From: a virus
Taxonomy: Duplodnaviria > Caudoviricetes
IMG/VR virus record: IMGVR_UViG_3300027963_000090
Location: 1-57,071 of that record
Length of the DNA stretch: 57,071 bases
Direction: 5' to 3' (one strand)
Shown here piece by piece: positions 20,701 through 29,001 of this stretch. Position 1 is the stretch's first letter. Every line of letters begins with the position of its first letter. The position numbers and the translations under genes were made by a program. The notes beneath the pieces were generated by a model that was given only the letters and a program-made list of their open reading frames with translations, was not told the origin of the DNA and did no database searches.

Positions 20701-23700
20701 GTGTGAATAGATTGGATGAATCTTCCAATGTTGTGCCATCAGGGTCAGTTTATATCTATGAAAATTTCAATGACACTTTTGTATATGCTGAAACTTTTGA
20801 ATATGCCAACCAAATACTGGCAGACTTTGGAAGAGACATTTTAATCTCCAACAATCATGTGTATGTGTCATTGCCAAACTTTGATAACAATGAAGGACGC
20901 AATGGATTAGTGGTTGATTTTAGAAAAAATAGCAACACCAGCAGCTGGTTGGCACACAAATCTCCAGTGGACACTGTGGATTTGGAAAAAATCAAAGGCA
21001 TATTCCTTTACAACACAAAAATTAATGAATTACTGAATAGATTGGATTATATAGATCCTATTCAAGGAAAAATTGCTGGGTTAGCTGAACAAGAATTGTA
21101 TTACAAAACTTATTATGATCCTGCTGTTTACACTTTGGGCACTGCCGGAGTTAGTGTGGATGTCAACAACAGTTGGAGCAAAGATCAAGTGGGTAGACTA
21201 TGGTGGGATTTAAGCACTGTGAAATTTTATGATCCTTATCAAGTTAATATTATCTATACCACCAACTATTGGAATAAAATTTTCCCAGGTTCTTCCATAG
21301 ATGTATATGAATGGGTTGAATCCAAATACACTCCATCTCAATGGAATAAACTGGCTGACACCAAAGAAGGCACTGCTGTGGGTATTAGCGGAACAACCAA
21401 ATATGGAAACACAGTGTATGTGAGCCGACAATTGTATGATTCTACATCTGAAAGTTTCAGCACAAGATATTATTACTGGGTAAAAAATAAAAAAGTTTTA
21501 CCAAATATAGAATTTAGAAAATTAAGTGCTTATGATGTGGCACAATTGATTGAAGACCCTAAAAAACAATCTTATAAATTTGTGGCATTACTGTCAAATA
21601 ATAAATTTTCTTTGTATAACTGCAACAATTTAATGCAGAATGAAGATGTTGCTATTAATTTCCGTTACTGGACTATTGACAATCAAAACATTAATATTCA
21701 CAATGAATATCAATTGATCAGTGAAGGTGTATCTTACAGTCGACCTAAAAAAGAAATTGAATCAGTATGGTTTAACAGTTTGATTGGCTATGATGAAAAC
21801 TTTAAATCAGTGCCAGATGTTAATTTGAGTGTGAAATATCGTTATGGTACATTGAGAAAACCTCGTCAAAGTTGGTTTGTTAATAAAACTGAAGCTCTTA
21901 AACAAGTGGTTGAAAGAATCAATGATGTTCTATTGAAAAATCAAATTGTATCCAACTGTGATTTGACAAGATTAACAGAATCTGAAAAAATTCCAAGCAC
22001 GGTTACTAGATTGTATGATTCAACCAAAGATACACTGTCTGAATTGCAATTCATAAACACCAATAAAATTGATCAAGCAGAATTAAGACCGATCATTCAA
22101 AATGGAAAAATAGTGGATGTGACTATTATTAATCCAGGATATGGATACAATGTTGTGCCCACTTATGAAATAGTAGACACTGTGGGATCTCAAGCAAAAT
22201 TAACATTGACCATTGATGCTTTGGGCAAAATAAACAGTGTTACAGTGAATCAAGAAGGATCTAGTTACACAAATAACACAAGAATAGTTGTGAGAAAATA
22301 CAGTGTGCTGGTTAATTCAGATTTAGAAGTGAACAACAAATGGGCTATTCACAGTTGGAATGAAGATGTTCAACAGTGGCAAAGAGTATTATCACAACGT
22401 TATGATGTGAATCAATATTGGAATTATATGGATTGGTATGCTGACGGATACAATCAGTTCACTGAAATAGATCACACTGTGTCAGCCAGTTATCAACTTC
22501 AATTGATAGATGATGTTGTGGGTGATGTGGTGAAAATTGAAAACATTGGCACTGGTGGATGGTTATTGTTGGAAAAAATTGACAATCAAGACAACGTAGA
22601 CTACACAATTAATTACAAAACCATAGGTAGACAGAATGGAACCATTCAATTCTCTAGCAATTTGTATGACACCAGCACATCCACAGTAGGATACAACAGC
22701 ACCAGTTTTGACGTGATAGTGTATGACAATCAACCAGTGATAGAAACTAGAACCATTTTAGAAACTGTAAGAGATTATGTTTTTATAGATGAGTTAGCAA
22801 TTGAATACAATAAATTATTTTTCTCAAGTTTGAGATATGTGTTCAATGAACAATTGTTTGTGGATTGGGCATTCAAAACCAGTTTTGTTAAAGCCACTCA
22901 CAATGTGGGAGAATTAACACAAAAAACAGTTTACAAAAATGACAACTTGTCCAATTATCAAGATTATATCAATGAAGTAAAACCTTACAAAACCAAAGTG
23001 AGAGAATACATCAGTGCTTATGAATCCACAGATCAATCTCAAACATTGACCACAGACTTTGATCTACCAGCCACTTATGATTCGACTACCAATCAAATTA
23101 TCGTGAGCACAGCAAAAATGATCAACAATCAAATTGTTGATTCTAATCTCACTGAAAATTATCCCAACAAACACTGGTTGGACAATGTGGGATTCAAAGT
23201 TACCGCTATCAAAATAGCACAAGTGGGCAGTGGATATTTGGGAACTCCCGCCATCACAATTACAGGTGGGGGTGGCACAGGAGCCACAGCCAAAGCATTT
23301 GTGTCCAACGGCCGATTAACACACATTCAAGTGACCAATTCAGGGTCTGGTTATCTATCAGCACCCACAGTGAATATATTGGGATCTTTGTCCACCACGG
23401 GAGTGGCTGGCAAAGCAGTGGCCATATTGGGAGATTCTTTGGTCAAATCCACTCACATAAGAGTTAAATTTGATAGAACCACAGGAGTATTGCTGATAAC
23501 CAATCTGAGTAGAACAGAAACATTCACCAGCAACGGATCTCAAATCAAATATCCTTTGAAATGGCCAATCAATTTGAAATCCAACAAAGTGAGAGTGATT
23601 GTGAATCAACGCCCTGCATTGTTTAGTGAATACACATACAACAATGAACAAGACAGCACTAAATCATATGTGAGAAGCAAAGGATATATTCAATTTGTGG

Positions 23701-26345
23701 ATCCTCCAGTGAGCGGATACAGCATTGAAATTCAATATGAGATTGACAGTAATGTGTTGCAAACTCAAGATAGAGTTAATTTATTGTATGAACCTACCAC
23801 AGGACAACTGGGCAATGATCTGGCACAATTGATTGATGGCATAGATTACGGTGGAGTGGAAGTACGCAGTTTTGAATTTGGTGGTGGTGGTGGATTTGAT
23901 GATGCTCCTTATTATACAGGAGTTTGGGATTCATATGACACTACCTATGATGATGAAGTGTTTAGATTGGATGGCAGCACCAACATATTCAATTTGAGTC
24001 AACCATTGGTGGATGGTGTCACATACAACATTTATAAAAATGGAGTAAGGATTGATGATCCTAACTACGGCACAGCAGAACCAGTGACCAATCCCAATGC
24101 TTTGATGCAAACCATTCAGGGAGATGGATCTACCACAGTGATACACATAGATGAATCACTGATTCCCACAGTGAATGGTGACATCATTGTGATAAGAAAA
24201 TCCACCAGTGATGGTAGTTTCTTGCCAGACCCAGATGCCTATGACACATTATTGTCGGGCGGTGATTTGGCTTACAGCACGGCCACAGGAATTTTAGCAC
24301 AAGACATCATCGTGGATGGTGATGGGTTTGTGACTCCTACCACCAGCAAAGGTCCAGAAGAATTGGTGCCAGGACAAGTGTTGGACACTTTGGATATCCA
24401 AGTGTATGACAGATCAGGCGAAACAGGCAGCAGAATTTACAGTTACAATCATATTGCTGATGGAACCAACAATACATTCAATATTCAATCATTGCCACAG
24501 AGTCAAGATGCTGTGTTTGTGAAAGTGAATAATGTTATTTTAAACAATGATCAATATTCAACTGATTTTGAAAACAAAACAGTGATTTTAAATTCGACTC
24601 CTGCTGTGGGTTCCACAGTAAACATTGTGACCATGAGCATGAATGGAGAAAAAGTTGTTGACATTGACACATTCACTGGTGATGGTAGCACATTTATTTT
24701 TGTTACCAGAGCAGAATTTAACAACGATTACACCACTTATGTGCGTGTGAATGGTGAACCAGCAGCGTATGTGGTGGAAGAAACAGACAGTGGTTATCAA
24801 ACGGCCAATAGAATTTTAATAAGATTTGGAGCACCGCCAGCAGCTGGCAGTGTGATCAGTTATGTGGTGTATGCTAGTTCTAGCAAAACATTCAGTGAAG
24901 TTACCTATGATGATTTTGTGGGTGATGGCACAACTCGAGTTTTCACATTGAATCAATCTCCATTCAATCAAGAACCTTTGACACAAAACGTGATTGTGAA
25001 AGTGGACAACACCATATTAAATGCTGGATACAACGAATCATTTGTGGTGAGCACTGCTCGTGAATATGAATTAAACAATTGGCAGCAGCCCACAGGATCA
25101 GTGTTGAGAACCAACGTGAGAGCATTCTTGAATGGTGTGGAATTGGGAACCAATGATTACACTTGGAGTTCCAGCAACACCAGCATAACATTGAGAGGTA
25201 ATGTGGGAGTCGCAGGCGACATATTAAAAGTTTACGTGGTCAATGATGGAGAATACATAGTGGTCAACAACATTGTGACATTGGACATTGCCCCAGCAAA
25301 CAATGCTGAAATTAAAGTATGGCAATTCAGTAATCATGACATAACACAGATTGAAAGAATTAATTACGATATAGTGGCTAGAGAAAATATTGTGGTTGAT
25401 TCAGAAAATTATTTTGAATATAAAAATTTGACCAATGGATTGATTAGATTAAGACGCAGTGCTGAAGATGCTCAATATGTTTGGGTAATTGTGAATGGTC
25501 AATTGTTGTCACCCAGCATTGACTACAGAATTTCCAACAATCAACAGTATGTGAAAATTAATAGAACATTGCAACAGACGGATGTGGTGGACATTATTCA
25601 TTTTGCTGCGCCTAAATATGTGGCTAAATTTGGATTTAGACAGTTCAAAGACATGTTGAACAGAACACATTATAAACGTTTGGGCAATAATAACAAATAC
25701 TATTTGAGTCAAGAACTGCATTGGTACAGTCAAGCAATCTATTTGGAAAGCACTGAAGGATTGACAGAACCCAACATTAGTTTAAGTAAACCTGGTGTTG
25801 TGTTCGTTGATGGAGAACGTATTGAATACTTTATAAAAGCAAACAACAAACTGGAACAATTGAGAAGAGGCACACTGGGAACTGGAATCAAAGACACATA
25901 CTCAGCAGGTACAGAATTGTTTGATCAAAGTGCTTATCAAACAGTGCCTTACAAAGATGAGACTATCACTGAAACATTTGAAGGAGATGGCAGCACTGAA
26001 TCATTCACACTGCCTTTTGTACCAAATAATGTGAATGAATTTGAAGTGTTTGTGGGAGGACGCAGATTGAGAAAAAACAGCATACAATCTTACAGTGCTA
26101 CACTGGGTATGGATAGTCCTGAAGCAGACGTTACACTACCAGCAGAGTTCAGTGTGACGGGCACCACACCAATTTTAACACTATTAACTGCTCCTGCTGT
26201 AAATACTAAGGTAATTGTGGTGAAAAAAATAGGTAAATTATGGAACAGCATAGATATACCAGAAGAATCCACAATTCCATTGAGTCAAACCGAAAACGAA
26301 ATAGCAAGATTCTTGCGTGCAAAAGAAGTGAGTTTGCCGCAATAA
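11721..26345 (+). CDS. giant multidomain baseplate/adhesin structural protein (4874 aa; gp7 position)
   Basis: Uninterrupted 14.6 kb ORF after gp6; wedge-like motifs (LLPRFF; FYQGFLQDKGTKNAL; YINEVKPYKTKVRE), CBM5/12-like motifs, FG-GAP propeller blades, GSGY..P.I.I.GGGG repeats and F.GDGST..F repeats. Confidence 0.75.
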   Translation: MAYNNDQEEFPLPVNNQTETERNSANLLPRFFRTPTNKKFLYSTLDQLLSPGTVEKISAFYGRKTAKAFTLDDNYIEEVTDDRQNYQLEPVVLSKDALGNVSFYKDYVDYVNQIKTLGGNTDNHSSLNAQEYYSWNPHIDWDKFVNFREYYWLPQGPETVTITGQQQQLQSTYTVRLADNLDNYAYVLTPDGQTQNATITLYKGITYKFDIDTAGMPFTIKTARTLDEDFLYNEGVDQQSIEKGTITFEVGINAPDTLYYVSKNDINAYGLIKIASIEENSIINVEKDIVGKKTFTLKNGTALSNGMKINFKGLVTPEKYATDEWYVEGVGEAIVLIKEQDLQVPNDIADENLEGFDAENFDKVTYEIDDPNRDIKDYIVIKRSSPDQNPWTRANKWIHKSVLQIVADYNGTTLDTDETQRAKRPIIEFESGLKLYKFGTQAKPYVDVVDTFTTDVFSDIEGATGYNVDGIDLVNGMRILITADTDVLVKNRIFTVKIINFGGDGDPTNKQISLVDTDDTQPMTGDVVLVDSGVENQGKMYYYDGTAWNVTQEKTKVNQSPLFDLFDENGISFSDGETYLSTNFLGNKLFSYRKGTGTVDTELGFALSYRNVNNVGDIVFDFNLLSESFTYQLQDQLVTQNTDVGYLKKYTDRTTNTTVTGWIKAQALSKQLVVRQYTGLEQVNRFAVDVYDQSGTLTDLKLKVYVNNVLKKETTDYTVVNSNNVSYVQLNSALSTTDSIVIKSHSSAVKNANGYYEMAINLESNPFNDNLNDFTFGEVSNHVGSIVEQLDNFVGFNPGTNNLRDLGQLSTYGTKFVQHSAPLNLAVYHVSQKEVNVVKAIKFAQKEYDKFKKTFLQTAENSNFDGSVREHMDHVMKLINEDKNSNMPFYFSDMVPHGAAKRNTFTVYDDSNKYFALSKAFSMSVLSTKAVQVYLNDEQLIHGIDYIFTTENFCYITKALTVNDTVEIFEYESTDGNFIPQTPTKLGLYPKFKPEKYLDNTLITPVNVIQGHDGSIIVAFNDYRDDLLLELENRIYNNIKIEFNKDLRNLYDFIPGVDRNTGYTLASINSSMSADFITWNSAVGTLDYTENYFYDIADSFTYNYAYMTAYNGSSLPGFWRAVYKQAYDTDRPHTHPWEMLGFTEHPIWWNTVYGPAPYTSDNLILWEDLQNGVIREPGKKLVYDSRYVRTNLLNHLPVDENGELLSPLDSGYAGNYTVSLSNSAFKFGDHAPVENAWRRSSNYPFALLKSMILNRTAHTVAVNFDASRVVRSVTDEIIYSTTKKRISLKDLVFPNSRADENYVLTSGLVNYISNYIKTDVLNNYANYQDSLKNLTQNLGFKVKGFTEKEKFKLLLDSRSPLNQSNVFIPDENYDIYLNTSSPIDVLVYSGVIVEKLPSGFSIKGYDQFDPIFKYFAPIKLQNDPVKRVGGVSKSYVQWTSNHVYTAGQIVQYQNKFYIVDRDHLSASKFDSTKYTKLVDLPIEGGVTATFSRQFENKISTLNYGTVLRTQQEVVDFLLGYSKYLESKGFIFENFNQDINVVENWSLSAQEFMFWTTQNWKAGAVLSLSPAANKLKLQTNYSVADNIFDNFYDYAVLRADGIKLNREKISVVRQGNNFSMSVKNTSDGIYFVKIPLVQKEHVVVIDNVTVFNDVIYDLAPGYRQDRIKVIGYVASNWDGSLNVPGFVFDEVKIKQWQPYTDYDMSDVVKYKQFYYSANSFITGDSTFMFDEWSKLSEKPLSSLKPNFEYKTNQFGDFYDLDTDNFDVEQQKLAQHLIGYQKREYLQNIINDDVSQYKFYQGFLQDKGTKNALEKLFNSLASANKDSIEFYEEWAVRTGQYGAATGFNEVEYLLSEKKFKLNPQPIELTDSISFESPNFVYKIKSNETYLAPEDYDHAPFPTKYFDESYVKTAGFVDPNDVNFTVKNYENILALDTAELAYNQYVWVGFEKQSWNVYKHKQLSDQVSSVSESNNQVIVELVSNTSNIQVNETISVTLNGTVQLFKVKTVAGTTITCYKNGTTNLGNNGTLGRFISMKLTTLSEINQKIIDNGKSVGELLWIENDSNDRWVTLKNVPVWQTHQEIVNPADDSSGDFSRSIAVNLTNTTLAVADLNNAVYIYKRASNSNQYTLSQKIDAPTGLWTGNGDFGASMDISADGKYLIVGAPAASNLKTNYVGDYVESSSYDINNVVRHSEQLWRVVNPILGEDPSVDFTTFDSAAFVYDAEYNLPDNLYPDIKIFLRGDYVFPAVTTNHMLIRASANQYRGSAVGDKLQLIWNDLTTQYPTGNDPFDGNAPGIDKTFIDSNHVIQHKVDEILNIDLTIIAVTVGDVVETNTAEGTVCYVRKEGTRSLIYLSNMNGKFDDSGSLTVGILTVGDYNRVIAEDYDSLGGWWYINLGFTLTSTELSDSKKSLVIQDIIKAAESRTVKNYYNILDTQATQAIVSPTAPTAASEISILSYYKQFSIAGQPVVSGVQNDNRYLIRTPKTLSNQFTMPYVSDSKKTGVWLNTIRTGDPLDRYDISDISQDLTFEEINSFGTGDSSFPTKKINDIWNGWIQVLAQADGLGTFYVPQLGNTIEDSVTGSQAEVAYVKTIGFNTLQIYIKNKTGDFSLGSTLGDTADIILKGIPDRTVGVSRRSELENSVTGSLFVFEAASLLEPQNNTSTYNYVNGLEYWFWDEDKQDGVARSASIPSEENRDYVQVFNIPVGSGAASAYTNEGAFLVYERAVNGTYSLYSAYSTPDTTTDAKLGTKIKITQNGNETTAFVSDEFGGSGRIYFIKNNSSQKWHLGVDPQYTGTFDALQRYYTDDLVIYNEQVYKSTTNQGPSAFDPDFWILQTNDVEYLGHVPNDSGITLDGDSSLDLINISKFATDFDVSSSGGVLVASVNYTSPNRNKVVIYKLYDGRYQYRQTISPPDVSEDNTEYAVSVAVSSDGKFIAVGSPAADTDYSDMGVVYVYQLVNGSYVLSQTLSSPQPQTNEQFGKNLDFDGNTLVVSSVNRLDESSNVVPSGSVYIYENFNDTFVYAETFEYANQILADFGRDILISNNHVYVSLPNFDNNEGRNGLVVDFRKNSNTSSWLAHKSPVDTVDLEKIKGIFLYNTKINELLNRLDYIDPIQGKIAGLAEQELYYKTYYDPAVYTLGTAGVSVDVNNSWSKDQVGRLWWDLSTVKFYDPYQVNIIYTTNYWNKIFPGSSIDVYEWVESKYTPSQWNKLADTKEGTAVGISGTTKYGNTVYVSRQLYDSTSESFSTRYYYWVKNKKVLPNIEFRKLSAYDVAQLIEDPKKQSYKFVALLSNNKFSLYNCNNLMQNEDVAINFRYWTIDNQNINIHNEYQLISEGVSYSRPKKEIESVWFNSLIGYDENFKSVPDVNLSVKYRYGTLRKPRQSWFVNKTEALKQVVERINDVLLKNQIVSNCDLTRLTESEKIPSTVTRLYDSTKDTLSELQFINTNKIDQAELRPIIQNGKIVDVTIINPGYGYNVVPTYEIVDTVGSQAKLTLTIDALGKINSVTVNQEGSSYTNNTRIVVRKYSVLVNSDLEVNNKWAIHSWNEDVQQWQRVLSQRYDVNQYWNYMDWYADGYNQFTEIDHTVSASYQLQLIDDVVGDVVKIENIGTGGWLLLEKIDNQDNVDYTINYKTIGRQNGTIQFSSNLYDTSTSTVGYNSTSFDVIVYDNQPVIETRTILETVRDYVFIDELAIEYNKLFFSSLRYVFNEQLFVDWAFKTSFVKATHNVGELTQKTVYKNDNLSNYQDYINEVKPYKTKVREYISAYESTDQSQTLTTDFDLPATYDSTTNQIIVSTAKMINNQIVDSNLTENYPNKHWLDNVGFKVTAIKIAQVGSGYLGTPAITITGGGGTGATAKAFVSNGRLTHIQVTNSGSGYLSAPTVNILGSLSTTGVAGKAVAILGDSLVKSTHIRVKFDRTTGVLLITNLSRTETFTSNGSQIKYPLKWPINLKSNKVRVIVNQRPALFSEYTYNNEQDSTKSYVRSKGYIQFVDPPVSGYSIEIQYEIDSNVLQTQDRVNLLYEPTTGQLGNDLAQLIDGIDYGGVEVRSFEFGGGGGFDDAPYYTGVWDSYDTTYDDEVFRLDGSTNIFNLSQPLVDGVTYNIYKNGVRIDDPNYGTAEPVTNPNALMQTIQGDGSTTVIHIDESLIPTVNGDIIVIRKSTSDGSFLPDPDAYDTLLSGGDLAYSTATGILAQDIIVDGDGFVTPTTSKGPEELVPGQVLDTLDIQVYDRSGETGSRIYSYNHIADGTNNTFNIQSLPQSQDAVFVKVNNVILNNDQYSTDFENKTVILNSTPAVGSTVNIVTMSMNGEKVVDIDTFTGDGSTFIFVTRAEFNNDYTTYVRVNGEPAAYVVEETDSGYQTANRILIRFGAPPAAGSVISYVVYASSSKTFSEVTYDDFVGDGTTRVFTLNQSPFNQEPLTQNVIVKVDNTILNAGYNESFVVSTAREYELNNWQQPTGSVLRTNVRAFLNGVELGTNDYTWSSSNTSITLRGNVGVAGDILKVYVVNDGEYIVVNNIVTLDIAPANNAEIKVWQFSNHDITQIERINYDIVARENIVVDSENYFEYKNLTNGLIRLRRSAEDAQYVWVIVNGQLLSPSIDYRISNNQQYVKINRTLQQTDVVDIIHFAAPKYVAKFGFRQFKDMLNRTHYKRLGNNNKYYLSQELHWYSQAIYLESTEGLTEPNISLSKPGVVFVDGERIEYFIKANNKLEQLRRGTLGTGIKDTYSAGTELFDQSAYQTVPYKDETITETFEGDGSTESFTLPFVPNNVNEFEVFVGGRRLRKNSIQSYSATLGMDSPEADVTLPAEFSVTGTTPILTLLTAPAVNTKVIVVKKIGKLWNSIDIPEESTIPLSQTENEIARFLRAKEVSLPQ

Positions 26346-26348
26346 ATA
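26343..26348 (+). promoter_or_regulatory. late promoter core TAAATA overlapping the stop of the giant ORF
   Basis: AATAAATA followed by AAGGA SD and ATG at 26368. Confidence 0.5.
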
Positions 26349-26367
26349 CACATGACAAAAGGATACT

Positions 26368-26982
26368 ATGATAGATAAACTTAAAGAACACAACGGAACA
26401 CTAATCCAAGGACACATCAAAATACACGACCCTAAAACGGGCGAAATATTCGTCAACAAACGCAATGCCATACACTACGAAAATATGAGCATAGCAATGG
26501 CAGAAAGTTTGGCCAATGAAGGTCAAGGATTTATCAATTCCATGGTGTTTGGAACTGGTGGAACTTATATTGATCCCACTGGCATAGTGACTTATCTAAC
26601 TCCTAATTCCACAGGAACCAATGCCACTTTATACAATCAAACATTCAGCAAAGTGGTGGATGACAGATCAGTCAGCAACACAGATCCAGTGAGAAACAAA
26701 ATTGAAACACGTCACGTGAACGGAACCAATTACACAGATATTTTAGTCACATGTTTATTGGACTATGGTGAGCCCAGCGGTCAAGATGCAGTAGATGCTG
26801 CTTCAAACACAGAAAATTTATATGTGTTTGACGAGTTAGGATTACAAAGTTATTCCAGTTCAGGCACAGGAAGATTATTAACACATGTAATTTTTCACCC
26901 TGTACAAAAAAGTTTAAACAGATTAATACAAATAGATTACACAGTTAGAATACAAAGTCTGTCAGGTTTTAACGAGGTATAA
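26368..26982 (+). CDS. virion structural protein, probable peripheral baseplate/fibre-attachment subunit
   Basis: 204 aa, good SD; FGTGG...FDELGL...IFHPVQK...IDYTVRI pattern; lies between wedge and fibre genes. Confidence 0.5.
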   Translation: MIDKLKEHNGTLIQGHIKIHDPKTGEIFVNKRNAIHYENMSIAMAESLANEGQGFINSMVFGTGGTYIDPTGIVTYLTPNSTGTNATLYNQTFSKVVDDRSVSNTDPVRNKIETRHVNGTNYTDILVTCLLDYGEPSGQDAVDAASNTENLYVFDELGLQSYSSSGTGRLLTHVIFHPVQKSLNRLIQIDYTVRIQSLSGFNEV

Positions 26983-26988
26983 TAAAAA

Positions 26989-29001
26989 ATGGCTGCTGAT
27001 TACACAATAAATTATTCGGATGGTGCTAGTCTCACTATTCCAGCAAACACTGTAGAAGATAGTTCTACCAGTTTAAAGTTGCCTGGAAGATATACCACTG
27101 ACTACGGCAAACACATCTCAGAAAACTTTTTACGTTTATTAGAAAATTTTGCACACAGCAATGCTCCAGCTAATCCCACAGAAGGACAATTGTGGTACAA
27201 CAACACAGCAGGAGTGGACCAATTAAAAATTTATGACGGAACTCAATGGGTTCCAGCAGGCGGAATACACAAAGCAACCACTCAACCTTTGGCAGGATCA
27301 AGTGTCACAGGTGATCTTTGGGTGGACACTGACAATCAACAATTGTATCTTTTCACAGGATCAGGTTGGGTTTTAGTAGGACCAGAATTCAGTCAAGGAT
27401 TAAGCACAGGAACCAAACCTACCACAATTGTAGGCACAGACAACGTAGAATACACAGTGGTATTGATTCAGGTGGAAGCCAAACCAGTAGCAATAATTTC
27501 CACAAAAACTTTTACTCCAAAATCTAACATCGCCGGATTCACAACCATTCAACCAGGATTTAATTTAAGTTCAGTGGATATTACTGGATCAGGCATTGGA
27601 AAATTTTATGGCACAGCAGAAAAAGCAGAAAAATTAATCAGTGGTGGTGATATTGTATCAGGATCTAATTTTTTACGCAAAGATGCTGCCAATGTGGCAA
27701 ACTTTGGTTTAAAAATAAACAACAATTCAGGAATTGATGTGGGCAACAGTGCCACATTAAACATTGGTATTGAAGGACAAGCAGGTATTATCAGTCACAA
27801 AACTTCTGGAGCCAACATTGATTTTAGAGTGAATGATCAAGGCACCACACGCACAGTGATGAGAATAGATTCCACAACCAATGTGGGTATTAATACCACT
27901 GCTCCCACAGAAGCATTGGATGTCACAGGAAATATTCAAGCCAGTGGAGAATTATATATAAATTCCACAACTCAAAGCGACAGCATCAGCACAGGCAGTA
28001 TAATCACTGCAGGTGGATTGGGAGTGGCCAAACAATTGTATGTGGGTGAAGATGCAGTGTTTGAATCAGATATTACCACAGGCAATATTATGCCCAATGC
28101 TAATATCAGTTATGATATAGGTTCATCCACTAATAGATTTTTAAATGTTTATGCCACAAACTTATACGGAAATTTTGTTGGAACTTTAACAGGATCCATC
28201 AGTGGAGCAGCTGAAACTGCCAATAAATTAAGCAGCGCCACTCGTTTCAGTTTGGTGGGTGATGTTACATCTAACGAAATTGTTTTTGATGGTCAGGATG
28301 ATGATCCAGCAGTGTTCACAACTTCTATATCCAATGCATTTGTTTCTGGCAAAACTGCCACATCATTCAGTCAAAACAGTGATGAAATATTAATCAATAG
28401 AGTTTCAGGCAGCACGGGATTATACAAAATCAGCAGAGATAATTTCTTTTCAGCTATAGCAAAAATACCAACAGGTATGATCACTCCATTTGGTGGAGCA
28501 GCAGCACCTAATTTTTGGTTGCTGTGTGATGGATCAGAATATGAAAGATCATTGTATCCACAATTATTTGCAGTGATAGGAACAAGTTTTGGAACTCCAA
28601 GTTCAGCAACAAAATTCAAAATGCCTGATTTGAGAGGCAGAATGCCTTTGGGCAGAGACAACATGGGTGGTACCAGTGCTGATAGAGTCACAGCCAGTGC
28701 TGCTGATAATATTGGTGGATTCGGCGGAAACGAAACAAAAACTATTCCAGTGGAAAACTTACCACAACACACTCACAACATGCAAGGTGTTACAGGCGCT
28801 CAATATTATGCACTGAGAGATGGGGGAGTAAATCCTGGTGAGACCACAGCAATAGTTTATGATGCACCCACAGGCACAGGTGCAGGAAGTGCTATTGCCA
28901 ACAGTGGAGATGTAGATTCAGGAGCCATAGGCAATGCTCAAGATGTGATGAATCCATATTTGACTATAAATTATATTATTTTTACAGGACAGAGTGAATA
29001 A
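26989..29001 (+). CDS. tail fibre protein with C-terminal phage tail collar domain
   Basis: Shared N-terminus ENFLRLLENFA...P.NP..GQLWY; collar motif IPTGMITPFGG..AP..WLLCDGSEY....YPQLFAVIG...F.MPDLRGR; NPYLTINYII end. Confidence 0.82.
   Translation: MAADYTINYSDGASLTIPANTVEDSSTSLKLPGRYTTDYGKHISENFLRLLENFAHSNAPANPTEGQLWYNNTAGVDQLKIYDGTQWVPAGGIHKATTQPLAGSSVTGDLWVDTDNQQLYLFTGSGWVLVGPEFSQGLSTGTKPTTIVGTDNVEYTVVLIQVEAKPVAIISTKTFTPKSNIAGFTTIQPGFNLSSVDITGSGIGKFYGTAEKAEKLISGGDIVSGSNFLRKDAANVANFGLKINNNSGIDVGNSATLNIGIEGQAGIISHKTSGANIDFRVNDQGTTRTVMRIDSTTNVGINTTAPTEALDVTGNIQASGELYINSTTQSDSISTGSIITAGGLGVAKQLYVGEDAVFESDITTGNIMPNANISYDIGSSTNRFLNVYATNLYGNFVGTLTGSISGAAETANKLSSATRFSLVGDVTSNEIVFDGQDDDPAVFTTSISNAFVSGKTATSFSQNSDEILINRVSGSTGLYKISRDNFFSAIAKIPTGMITPFGGAAAPNFWLLCDGSEYERSLYPQLFAVIGTSFGTPSSATKFKMPDLRGRMPLGRDNMGGTSADRVTASAADNIGGFGGNETKTIPVENLPQHTHNMQGVTGAQYYALRDGGVNPGETTAIVYDAPTGTGAGSAIANSGDVDSGAIGNAQDVMNPYLTINYIIFTGQSE

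Noticed and set aside
11721-26345. Stop-codon recoding or assembly artefact behind the giant ORF
   Set aside because: Frame is open in the standard code, neighbouring genes end at ordinary TAA/TGA/TAG stops, and no long exact nucleotide repeat was noticed
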